DNA of 64,000 nucleotides from an uncultured Candidatus Saccharimonadales bacterium (GCA_964467655.1 CAYXSN010000003.1:34714-98713); one strand, 5' to 3'; counted from the stretch's first letter, positions 18,897 through 27,836 are shown. Numbers and translations: made by a program. Notes: generated from the letters alone by a model not told the origin.

Positions 18897-19856
18897 TTAC
18901 AAGCTGTCAGCGTCGCCGATCAGCCGGGCCAGGCCCTTCCCGCTCGAGCCGCGCCCGCTTTCGCGCTTTACCACCCAAAAATGCAGGTGCTTTACGCTCT
19001 GACCGGCCAGCTTGCCTACATTCAGCGACAGATTATAATGCTCGCCCAGATCCGGCACCTGCGGCAGCAATTCACGCATCTCATGCCACCAGTTCACCGG
19101 CAGTTTGGCCGGATCTTCAACGTGCACCTTTGGCACAATCAGATAATTTCCATCGCTCGACGCCGCTGCAATCATAAATCCGCCGTCCGACTGAGCTAAA
19201 ATCTCGCCCTTCAGACGCCCATTCGACAAACAAAACGGACACTCAGCCACCGGTTGATCAATCTTCACCGCACCCTCCCGAATTATCTCAAGGCCATCAT
19301 CAAGTACCCGAATAATAGTCGAGGGCGCTCGGCCTGACAAATCGCCCCCATCAAGGTAAAAATCAACCTCATCTTCAAAATAGTTTTCCGCCTCAGCAAT
19401 CGTCACCGATCCCGGCCGCCCAGGTTGGTTCGCGCTCGATGTCACCAACGGACCCGTTTGCTCAAGCAACGCCCGCACCGCTGCATCGGCCACCACCCGG
19501 AAAGCCTGACGGCCGGTTTCTTGATGCAAATAGCTCAGGTTTTCGTCGAGCGGCGTCTCCACACTCAAAGACGCCGGCCATAAATGAGCCACCCGGCGTA
19601 AATGACCATCCGGCACCCCCAGCTCCACCAGTTGCTCCACGCTCGCCGCAATCACCGTGCCCGGTTTATGCTCACGATGCTTCAGTTCATACAATTTGGC
19701 CACCGCCCCGGGATCGGCCGCCCGCGCCACCAAACCGTAGACCGTATCGGTCGGCAACACACCCACACCGCCCTCAAGCAGAATCTGGATGGCCCGGTCA
19801 GATGTCGTACGCTTTATCATTTTGGGATCATACCACATTCCTATTGACAGAATCAA
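18897..19856 (-). CDS. tsaC: L-threonylcarbamoyladenylate synthase (TsaC/YrdC/Sua5 domain) fused to a C-terminal HIT-like domain
   Basis: YrdC motifs GVGVLPTDTVYGL and SSANQPG in the N-terminal ~200 aa. The C-terminal ~110 aa carries the HIT-like signature VKHLHFWVV. Confidence 0.75.
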   Translation of the reverse strand: MILSIGMWYDPKMIKRTTSDRAIQILLEGGVGVLPTDTVYGLVARAADPGAVAKLYELKHREHKPGTVIAASVEQLVELGVPDGHLRRVAHLWPASLSVETPLDENLSYLHQETGRQAFRVVADAAVRALLEQTGPLVTSSANQPGRPGSVTIAEAENYFEDEVDFYLDGGDLSGRAPSTIIRVLDDGLEIIREGAVKIDQPVAECPFCLSNGRLKGEILAQSDGGFMIAAASSDGNYLIVPKVHVEDPAKLPVNWWHEMRELLPQVPDLGEHYNLSLNVGKLAGQSVKHLHFWVVKRESGRGSSGKGLARLIGDADSL

Positions 19857-19891
19857 TCAAAGTACTTGTTGTAATGCATTCGCCAAAAAGA

Positions 19892-19931
19892 TTGACATAA
19901 TTAATAGTACACTATAAACTATAAACTATAA
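19892..19931 (+). promoter_or_regulatory. Putative promoter (TTGACA at 19892-19897) with three tandem 'ctataaa' heptamers abutting the start codon
   Basis: ttgaca-N15/17-tataaa, then ctataaa repeated three times ending at the ATG at 19932. No Shine-Dalgarno sequence is visible. Confidence 0.4.
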
Positions 19932-20933
19932 ATGAAGACTGATACTGCAGATCGAATAGTCGGATACATCGCCGCCAACCATCAAGCGCGGGCACATGAT
20001 ATCGGCAAAAACTTTGGCATTAGCCAAGTTGCTGTGCATCGGCAGCTAAAGAAACTGCTCAGCCAAAACAAGATCCAGCGAGTCGGCAAGCCACCGCTCG
20101 TGTTTTATGTGCTTTCGAATCAAACACCCGCATCAGCAGCACAAACGGCAGCCCTACCCGCCGACACAACAACATATATCAACAAGCATTATCTTTATAT
20201 TTCACCTCAAGGGGGACTACTTTGCGGCATGGACGGGTTCCAGGCCTGGGTAAGTGCCACCAAACAGGACGCGCATATCGAGGCCCTCGCAGAGGAATAC
20301 TACCAAACGCGCCAAGCCTGGGAGAAAAACCGGGCTCCGGAAGGCTGGATTGATGCGACCTCCAAGGTGAGTACGACGTTTCCTGACAATGTCCTCGCCA
20401 AGCTTCACTACGCCGACTTCTATAGCATACCGAAATTTGGCAAAACCAAGCTGGGTAACCTGGTACTCTATGCCAAACAATCGCAAAACCGGCAGCTCAT
20501 AGCTAGTGCCGTCGACCAGGTGAAGCCAATTATTCAGCGAATTATTTCCACCTATGGCATCGATACGGCCGCGTTTGTGCCGCCAAGTGTTCCGAGAAAA
20601 CTACAGTTCATGCAGGAGCTTGCCAACAAACTTGATCTAGGCCTACCCAAGGCCGAACTCGTCAAATCGTACCAGGGCGAGATAATTGTGCCGCAAAAGT
20701 CGCTCTCAGGGCTCCAGGAGCGTATCACCAACGCCCAAGAGACCATCTATCTCAAGTCTCCTCTATCGGCCAGTTGTAAAAAACTCTTGTTGATCGATGA
20801 CGCGGTCGGTTCCGGCGCCACTCTCAACGAGATCGCCAAAAAACTCCGCTTTGCCAACCCGAGCATCGAGCAAATTATCGGGTTCGCGATCGTGGGGAGC
20901 GTGAATGGGTTTGAGGTGATTCGGGAGATATAA
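19932..20933 (+). CDS. Winged-helix HTH domain fused to a type-I phosphoribosyltransferase (PRTase) domain
   Basis: N-terminal ARAHDIGKNFGISQVAVHRQLKKL (HTH). C-terminal PRPP-binding motif LLLIDDAVGSGATLNEI. Confidence 0.6.
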   Translation: MKTDTADRIVGYIAANHQARAHDIGKNFGISQVAVHRQLKKLLSQNKIQRVGKPPLVFYVLSNQTPASAAQTAALPADTTTYINKHYLYISPQGGLLCGMDGFQAWVSATKQDAHIEALAEEYYQTRQAWEKNRAPEGWIDATSKVSTTFPDNVLAKLHYADFYSIPKFGKTKLGNLVLYAKQSQNRQLIASAVDQVKPIIQRIISTYGIDTAAFVPPSVPRKLQFMQELANKLDLGLPKAELVKSYQGEIIVPQKSLSGLQERITNAQETIYLKSPLSASCKKLLLIDDAVGSGATLNEIAKKLRFANPSIEQIIGFAIVGSVNGFEVIREI

Positions 20934-20970
20934 GTCAGCTCTCGCTATCCAATGCGATGGTTCTGCAAGT

Positions 20971-21279
20971 TCAAGCGGCGTCGCTTTGTTGCATATAATC
21001 CGCGACAATAACAATGATTTTTTGAACAGATTCGTTACAATTCTTAAAATCAATGCGGTCAAGAACGTCAGCAGTATATTTACGCATGACTTCACTGATG
21101 AGGGCATGGACAAATGACTGGGTAGCAGATGTTACACCCTCAAAATCCAAACACACATCCTTTCCACGGCTAATGCCCGGAAGGATTATCTGCTCACGTA
21201 TGTCGCGCGCAACGTCCTTATCTTCCGCGAATGCACCGACCTTTGGATATAAGCAAACAGTAATTACGTTATCCATCAT
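20971..21279 (-). CDS. STAS-like (DUF4325-type) small protein
   Basis: 102 aa; CLDFEGVTSATQSFVHALISE resembles the STAS-like DUF4325 core. Overlaps the upstream GHKL gene by 4 bp. Lies in a low-GC stretch. Confidence 0.45.
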   Translation of the reverse strand: MMDNVITVCLYPKVGAFAEDKDVARDIREQIILPGISRGKDVCLDFEGVTSATQSFVHALISEVMRKYTADVLDRIDFKNCNESVQKIIVIVADYMQQSDAA

Positions 21280-22241
21280 GAAAACCTCGGTCGCTTAAAC
21301 CTTTGCCGCCGTCGCTCCGCAATCGCTGTAGCATATACGTCGCCAATTAAAGTCAGCAGCTTATTAAGTTCTGTTGTTTCATCCAACGATAGATCAATAC
21401 CAACGACAGTTCCTTGCCATAATGGTAGATCATCGCGCTCAGAATGCTTCTCTCGATCTGGATCGCCATATAGGATTGTGCGCTTTGAGTTTTTGTCAGG
21501 CTGCAAAAGTTTATAAAATCCTTTTCCGCTATAAATCACGAAAAAGTCTCGATTGATTTTCGCCATAGATCGCACAAAGAACAACCCCGCACCAGCATTC
21601 GTCTCCGTGCCACCTTCTCGCGAGGTTGTACCAGTGATGCCGGGTGTCAATGCCAGCTTGATTGCGTCTAAATCCGATCGCGCCGAGTGTGATTCACGAA
21701 TTGTTTTCCAGATGCCTACACCCGTATCGGCGACGCCTATCCGAATTTTGTTAGTCTTTTTGAAATATTGAGCCGAAACTATTGCTCCGTGTTCAGACCG
21801 AGAATGTTCGAAAACGTTTCTTACTAACTCACTGACTATGTATCTGAGCGAGTCAGCTTGAAGTGGAGGTAAGTGGAGCATTGGAACCATATCCGTCATA
21901 AAGCGCTGCAAATCTTGAGAATTCTGGATTTCAGCCAGAGGGATAAAGCGGCCCGCAGGTTCGTGCCGCTCAATATCCATAGGCGATTCAACTTGCATCA
22001 GCCTGAAAAGTCCCATTGTATCGAGATAGTGGCCTGACCTAGCTGTAATCTCGTCAAAATGAATGTTCTCCGGTTTAAACGTCAAACCGAGAGCTCCAAT
22101 CATCGATAACACTACTGGATGGACAGCCATCCATCTATCGTTAGTTGTGATCTCTAACTGAGACACATCAGTGGGATCAAAGCCTTTGAGAAATGCGTCC
22201 AAATTACCCAAAAAAGCACTATTGGGAATATGTATCTTCAT
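21276..22241 (-). CDS. GHKL-superfamily (histidine-kinase-like) ATPase-domain protein
   Basis: N-box ELVRNVFEH, G1 box GVADTGVGI and G2 box GAGLFFV. No HisKA or DHp domain. Confidence 0.6.
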   Translation of the reverse strand: MKIHIPNSAFLGNLDAFLKGFDPTDVSQLEITTNDRWMAVHPVVLSMIGALGLTFKPENIHFDEITARSGHYLDTMGLFRLMQVESPMDIERHEPAGRFIPLAEIQNSQDLQRFMTDMVPMLHLPPLQADSLRYIVSELVRNVFEHSRSEHGAIVSAQYFKKTNKIRIGVADTGVGIWKTIRESHSARSDLDAIKLALTPGITGTTSREGGTETNAGAGLFFVRSMAKINRDFFVIYSGKGFYKLLQPDKNSKRTILYGDPDREKHSERDDLPLWQGTVVGIDLSLDETTELNKLLTLIGDVYATAIAERRRQRFKRPRFS

Positions 22242-22250
22242 GCAGAGAAT

Positions 22251-22298
22251 ATACCGGGATTCCCGGTAAATGTCAAATATACCGGGAATCCCGGTAAA
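22251..22298. promoter_or_regulatory. Two tandem palindromic operator-like sites (ataccggga(a)tcccggtaaat) just upstream of the GHKL gene
   Basis: 22251-22270 and 22277-22298 each contain a perfect palindrome accggga|tcccggt. They begin 10 bp upstream of the start codon at 22241. Confidence 0.5.
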
Positions 22299-22614
22299 TA
22301 TTAGTGTTGCCGGAAAAGCCGGAACTAACTCAGCACCGATAAATCATTCCGCTTAACCTGGCATTAAACACCCCCGACCGCTAAAATAACCCTAGATATC
22401 GCTCCCAGGCAGTCTCGCCCATCCTGCCCGGCCGCCCTGGATTGCAATATTTGTACATTGATGCAGTACAAGGAACGACTGAGACTCGCAGCGAGTCGTA
22501 CTCGACGTACGATGAGCGAGAATCCCAGGAAGTGACATAGTAATGCACGATGTACAAATATCGCACAGCGAATCTCTCACCACATAACGCCAACGTTTAG
22601 AGAGGAACCTACAC

Positions 22615-25431
22615 ATGAGCCACCAGCTCGACAAAGCTTACGATCCCCAAAAATACGAATCCAAAATTTACACCCGCTGGGAAGCCTCCGGCGCCTTCAA
22701 ACCAGAGGGCAACGCTCATTTGCGGATGCCATTAGAGGAAAGGTCTGCCGAACAAGCTGGCGCAGGTTCAAAAGCGGCAACCAATTCGCAGTTGGGTGGC
22801 GTTCGTGAGCGTGAGGAGGTAATTGGCGCAGCAGCATCGCTGACACGCAGCAATACGCAAAAAGACCCGTTCACCATCATCATGCCGCCCCCAAATGCCA
22901 ACGGTAACCTCCACATGGGCCACGCCATGTTCGTGATTGAAGACCTCATGATCCGCTACCGCCGCATGCAAGGCCACCCCACCCTCTGGCTTCCCGGCGC
23001 CGACCACGCCGGCATCGAAACCCAGGTGGTGTACGAGCGCCAACTCGAGAAAGAAGGCAAGTCCCGCTTCGACCTCGGCCGCAACGAGTTTTACAAACAA
23101 GTCGACTCCTTCACCAAAGACAACATGGGCAACATGATCGCCCAGGTCAAATCGCTCGGATTCTCGGTAGATTGGTCCCGTCTCACCTACACCCTCGACG
23201 ACAAGATCGTCAGCACCGTTTACGACACCTTCAAAGAACTCCACAACGCCGGCTACATCTACCGCGGCAACCGCATCGTCAACTGGTGCCCGTTCTGTCG
23301 CAGTGCTTTTGCTGACATTGAGGTGAAATACCGCGAGCAAACCGATCCGCTCTACTACATCAAGTACGGCCCGTTTGTGCTCGCCACCGTCCGCCCCGAA
23401 ACCAAGTTTGGCGACACCGCCATTGCCGTCAATCCGCGTGACGAGCGCTACCAGCACCTCATTGGCACCACCATCGAGGCCGAAGACCTCAACGGCCCCA
23501 TCAAACTCACCGTCATCGGCGATGACCACATCGACCCGGCCTTTGGCACCGGCGCCATGAAAGTCACCCCCGCCCACGACCCCAACGACTGGGAAATCGG
23601 CCTACGTCACAACCTGCGCGTCGTGCAAACCATCGGCACCGACGGGCTCCTCACCGCCGTGGCCGGTAAATACGCCGGCATGCCGGTCGCCGAGGCCCGC
23701 CAGCAAGTGGCCCACGATCTCGAAGAGCGCGGCCTCATCGATCACATCGAGTACGATTACAAGCACTCCATCGGCTACCACGACCGCTGCGGCACCCTCA
23801 TTGAGCCCCTCACCGTCGAACAGTGGTGGCTCAAAGTCGACGAACTCAAAAAACCCGTCATCGAAGCTATCAAATCCGGCGAGGTCAAATTCGTCCCTGA
23901 GCGTTTCACCAAGATCGCTCTCGATTGGATGGACAACCTGCGCGACTGGAACATCTCCCGCCAAAACTGGTGGGGCATCAGGGTGCCGGTGTATTACAAC
24001 CGCTCCATCGATCAATCATTGCCCGAGTACATCATTGGCACCGAAGCTAATGCCAAAGCCCTTTATGGTCCAAACGGTTACGAAGCCGAAACTGACAACT
24101 TCGACACCTGGTTTAGCTCCGGCCAGTGGCCCTACACCACGCTTCAAGCCACCGGCGACTTCTGGGCGAAACAGCCAGAAACCGCTCAGGGGAATGCAGT
24201 GCCAGGAAGTGGCGAGGAGCAGACCGAGGCGTACAGCGACGTACGCCAAGGGAGCACCGCAGGCACTGACGCCGCAATGCGTCCCCTGAGCGGTTTCTAC
24301 CCCACATCAGTCATGGAAACCGGCCGCGACATCCTGTTCCTGTGGGTCACCCGCATGATGATGTTTGGCCTCTTCAAAACCGGTAAGGTGCCGTTCAAAA
24401 CTGTCTACCTCCACGGCCTCGTTACCGACGACAAAGGCAAGAAGATGAGCAAATCCAAGGGCAACGTGATCAACCCGCTCGACATGACCGCCAAATACGG
24501 CACCGACGCCTTGCGCCTGGCCCTCACCATCGGCATCACCGCCGGCAATGACGGCCCACTCTCTGAGCGCAAGATCGAGGGCTACCGCAACTTCTGCAAC
24601 AAACTCTGGAACGTTGCGCGCTTCATCCTCGGCCAGCTCCCCGACGACTACTCCCCCGCTAGCCCTCAGCTCCACTCCCCCGCCGATCATTGGATGGCCG
24701 CCCGCACCGACGCCGCCATCGCCAGTGTCACCCAAGCCATCGAAGAATACCGCTTCTCTGAAGCCGGCCAAACTATCTACTCGTTACTCTGGGACGATTT
24801 CGCCGATTGGTATCTCGAAGCCTCCAAGGTATCACCCAACCACGACCTGCTCGTCCAGACCCTTGAGACCATCCTTAAGCTCGCCCACCCCATCGCCCCA
24901 TTTGTCACCGAAGCCGTTTGGTCAGAAATGGCTTGGAACAGCCACGATCAGCTCATTATCACAGCCTGGCCAGTTGTAGACACTACAAGAACACAAAGCG
25001 AACAGTCGCTCATATTTGAGCATATCCGCGATGTCATACAAAAAGCCCGCACCATCATCGCCGAGGAACAATTGTCCAAACCCACGCTCATCACCACCGA
25101 CAAAACCCTGGCCGGCTCCACCGAACTTCTGCAGCGTCTCGGCCGCCTCGGTCAAGTTGAATGCCACGAGCAGGGGAGCGGCCTCTACCTCGGCGCCGCG
25201 GTTCCCGCTTGGATCAAAGCCGACACCACGCTAATCAGCACCCGTCAGCACCGGCTCGCATCCCAGCTCAAGGAAAAACAAGCTTACGCCAAAGGTTTAG
25301 AAACAAAATTAGACAACCCCGGCTACGTGGCCAACGCCCCGGCAGCCGTCGTCACCGAAACTCGCGAACGCTTAGTGGATGCCCAAACCCAGATGAAACG
25401 GTTATCCGAGCAGCTAGCTGCCTTGACATAA
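22615..25431 (+). CDS. valS: Valine--tRNA ligase
   Basis: HIGH-region PPPNANGNLHMGHA, KMSKSKGN motif and a C-terminal coiled-coil tail. 938 aa. Carries two low-complexity insertions relative to typical ValRS. Confidence 0.95.
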   Translation: MSHQLDKAYDPQKYESKIYTRWEASGAFKPEGNAHLRMPLEERSAEQAGAGSKAATNSQLGGVREREEVIGAAASLTRSNTQKDPFTIIMPPPNANGNLHMGHAMFVIEDLMIRYRRMQGHPTLWLPGADHAGIETQVVYERQLEKEGKSRFDLGRNEFYKQVDSFTKDNMGNMIAQVKSLGFSVDWSRLTYTLDDKIVSTVYDTFKELHNAGYIYRGNRIVNWCPFCRSAFADIEVKYREQTDPLYYIKYGPFVLATVRPETKFGDTAIAVNPRDERYQHLIGTTIEAEDLNGPIKLTVIGDDHIDPAFGTGAMKVTPAHDPNDWEIGLRHNLRVVQTIGTDGLLTAVAGKYAGMPVAEARQQVAHDLEERGLIDHIEYDYKHSIGYHDRCGTLIEPLTVEQWWLKVDELKKPVIEAIKSGEVKFVPERFTKIALDWMDNLRDWNISRQNWWGIRVPVYYNRSIDQSLPEYIIGTEANAKALYGPNGYEAETDNFDTWFSSGQWPYTTLQATGDFWAKQPETAQGNAVPGSGEEQTEAYSDVRQGSTAGTDAAMRPLSGFYPTSVMETGRDILFLWVTRMMMFGLFKTGKVPFKTVYLHGLVTDDKGKKMSKSKGNVINPLDMTAKYGTDALRLALTIGITAGNDGPLSERKIEGYRNFCNKLWNVARFILGQLPDDYSPASPQLHSPADHWMAARTDAAIASVTQAIEEYRFSEAGQTIYSLLWDDFADWYLEASKVSPNHDLLVQTLETILKLAHPIAPFVTEAVWSEMAWNSHDQLIITAWPVVDTTRTQSEQSLIFEHIRDVIQKARTIIAEEQLSKPTLITTDKTLAGSTELLQRLGRLGQVECHEQGSGLYLGAAVPAWIKADTTLISTRQHRLASQLKEKQAYAKGLETKLDNPGYVANAPAAVVTETRERLVDAQTQMKRLSEQLAALT

Positions 25432-25457
25432 CAAACTGCCGCTAAATTAGATAACAT

Positions 25458-25994
25458 ATGAGCATGACTCCTGAACAAGCCGAGCAAATAACTCAGCCAA
25501 ATCCTAGGCACGCTGGGGTAGCAGCAGAGCTTACTGAAATCATTGCCAACCGCGAAAAAGTGCAAGCTCTGCCGGGGGAGTCGCAGGCGGCGTATTTGTT
25601 GCGCATCACGGCACCCAAACGGCCAATGAAAGGCACGGTCAATCTTGCGCGCACCAGCATAACAAATCTCACCGAACACCCCGACCTGATTGCGGCTAAT
25701 TATACAACTCTTGTTAAACCATCAGCTGCCGACATCGAAAAAAATAATCGGGATGCCATTGCCAATCTCGCCGCCAACGATCTTACTAGTAAAAACGGTG
25801 CTGTTGGTGCTGAGGGTGGTAACCTGGAAACTTTTCAAAAAACCGAACGGGGCCGGAGTTTTATTGATACACAAAGCGAAAAAAGCCAAGGTTATTACAA
25901 CTTATTATTTGCCGGAACCGGCGACCCAGAAATCCAGGCAGTCGTTCGGGACCAATTAGTAAATAAAAAGATCGTCAACTTCGGGGGGGGGTGA
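25458..25994 (+). CDS. Hypothetical protein (178 aa) ending at a G9 homopolymer
   Basis: Frame terminates at TGA immediately after GGGGGGGGG (25983-25991). Removing one G joins it to the next ORF. Confidence 0.4.
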   Translation: MSMTPEQAEQITQPNPRHAGVAAELTEIIANREKVQALPGESQAAYLLRITAPKRPMKGTVNLARTSITNLTEHPDLIAANYTTLVKPSAADIEKNNRDAIANLAANDLTSKNGAVGAEGGNLETFQKTERGRSFIDTQSEKSQGYYNLLFAGTGDPEIQAVVRDQLVNKKIVNFGGG

Positions 25995-26016
25995 TGCAAC
26001 GCTAGAACACGATTTA

Positions 26017-26460
26017 GTGGAGTTTGGTGCCCAACCGGCCAGCGTAATAAATGTTGATCCCTTTCCATCTCCCGACCAACCAGACGCCCCGAAACCGCGC
26101 GACCGTATCATCCAAGCTGACAGCGCCGATCCAAACTTGTTGCAGCATAGTGAACTTGCTCCAGGTTCTGCCGATGAAGTGTTGGCGCTGTATTCGGTGC
26201 CATTTTATCTTACCAGCGGCGAACAGATATCGCAGATGTTGCATAACGGCGTGGATTTGTTAGCTCCTGGCGGAAACTTTCGCCTCTGGCCAGTTAACTT
26301 TAATGCCAATGGCGCCACGCCTGAAGCACTCCAAGAGCGCAAACAGTATTTACTTCATACGCTCAAAGTATTATCAGCCCAAGGTCTGCAAATATCCATT
26401 GTTTTCAATGGTAATCGCGGTGACACCTTAATTATCCATAAACCAAAGACCACCGGATAG
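26017..26460 (+). CDS. Hypothetical protein (147 aa); possible 3' half of a frameshifted gene
   Basis: GTG start. Its frame is open back to 25966, overlapping the end of the previous ORF. Confidence 0.4.
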   Translation: MEFGAQPASVINVDPFPSPDQPDAPKPRDRIIQADSADPNLLQHSELAPGSADEVLALYSVPFYLTSGEQISQMLHNGVDLLAPGGNFRLWPVNFNANGATPEALQERKQYLLHTLKVLSAQGLQISIVFNGNRGDTLIIHKPKTTG

Positions 26461-26710
26461 CGCCACATCCAAATGTCGGGACTAAACAGGGGATTATCCG
26501 CTCGTATTTTTTCGTATCATCGGCTTCAAAGTTTTTAGTATATATAATCCCAACCCAATAATCACCGGTACACTCAAGCGAAAATCATGACTGCGGCCGC
26601 AATCAGAAGATGTAGTCCTCAAACCTCATTGTCGGCCGGGAAGGGCCGACAATGAGAGGACACATACAAGCATCCTATAAGGAACAGAGCGGTGCTACAC
26701 TAAAATCACT

Positions 26711-27832
26711 ATGAAATCACGTCTCACACCAATCTACACCGTCCAAACCCTCACCAAATTAGCCAGCTCGCTGGTCGGCTTTTTTATTCCCATTTACTTG
26801 CTGACCCTCGGGTACAGCGTCAGTGACGTTATGTGGTACACGCTCGTTCAGGCCGTCGTCGGGCTGCCCTGTGCCTTAGCCACCGGTTGGCTATCAGCCA
26901 AAATCCAGCTCAAATATCTGATGGCCGCCCGGGTACCAGTGATTATTGCCCTGCTGGCCATCCTCATCAACCTACCAACCCACCCTGTACCCCTCGCCCT
27001 CATCGGCGTCCTCAACGCCGCGCATTTCGCCCTCTACTGGATCCCGTTGCACGTGTTCTTTACCGTCGCCACCAGCCGCGACAAAGTTGGCCGACAGTTC
27101 GGTCTGCTCATAGGCATCCCCAAGCTCGTTGGCATCGCCGGACCGTTCGTCGCCGGCCTGGTAGCCGCTACCCTGGGCTTCAACTGGATCTTTACCGCCG
27201 CCGCCACCCTCTACGCCCTCAGTTCACTACCCATGCTAGCCATCCCGCCCTATCAGGAATCACTTGACTTCAACCTGGCCAAGTTCAGGCACCTCTATCG
27301 CCGCTACCGTCGGTACTTCTGGCTGGAAATCGCCGAAAACATTCAGGAAGAACTCGACGCCGTCATCTGGCCGCTCGTCGTCTTCATAACCCTCAAAAGT
27401 ACCATCCAGGCCGGTGCCATCGGCACCACGATGGCGGCCGGCTCAGCTATATTCACCTACTTCGTGGGCCGCTGGACCGACCGCACCGACGCATTCAAGC
27501 TCATCCGCCTCGGCGCCGGCCTCTGCCTTATGCTGTGGCTGGTCCGGCTTGGTACCATCACCCCGGTCCTGGCCTTTACCGTGTCGGCACTCATGGGTTT
27601 TGCCAGTGTCATCCAGACCATTCCCTTCAACGGCATCATTTACAACCTGGCCCGCGACAATAACCCACGCGAATTTATTCTCTTCCGCGAGGTCCCCATC
27701 ACCATTGCCCGGGTGATCGTCTACGGCACGGGCCTCATCTGCGCCACCCATATCCAAAGCCTGTTTTGGCTGGCCATAATTGCCTACGCCGTGTTCGCCG
27801 TCATGCCGCGCTTCAAGGTTCCTCAGGCGTAA
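26711..27832 (+). CDS. Polytopic membrane transporter (MFS-like, ~11-12 transmembrane helices)
   Basis: 373 aa of repeated hydrophobic helices with short charged loops. No specific family motif recognised. Confidence 0.55.
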   Translation: MKSRLTPIYTVQTLTKLASSLVGFFIPIYLLTLGYSVSDVMWYTLVQAVVGLPCALATGWLSAKIQLKYLMAARVPVIIALLAILINLPTHPVPLALIGVLNAAHFALYWIPLHVFFTVATSRDKVGRQFGLLIGIPKLVGIAGPFVAGLVAATLGFNWIFTAAATLYALSSLPMLAIPPYQESLDFNLAKFRHLYRRYRRYFWLEIAENIQEELDAVIWPLVVFITLKSTIQAGAIGTTMAAGSAIFTYFVGRWTDRTDAFKLIRLGAGLCLMLWLVRLGTITPVLAFTVSALMGFASVIQTIPFNGIIYNLARDNNPREFILFREVPITIARVIVYGTGLICATHIQSLFWLAIIAYAVFAVMPRFKVPQA

Positions 27833-27836
27833 AGTC

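Noticed and set aside
22381-22634. Small minus-strand ORFs and a possible T-box leader upstream of valS
   Set aside because: No T-box consensus (AAnnnGGGTGGnACCGCG) or specifier-loop architecture was found in the 230-nt leader. The two ORFs are short, Cys/Trp-rich and overlap each other. The region was left as an unannotated leader.
22716-25679. Multiple ORFs (for example 22768-23577, 23602-24015, 24307-24771) overlapping valS on either strand
   Set aside because: They are nested in or antisense to an intact 938-aa valS. They are Gly/Ala/Val/Asp-rich, as expected for reverse frames of a GC-rich CDS.
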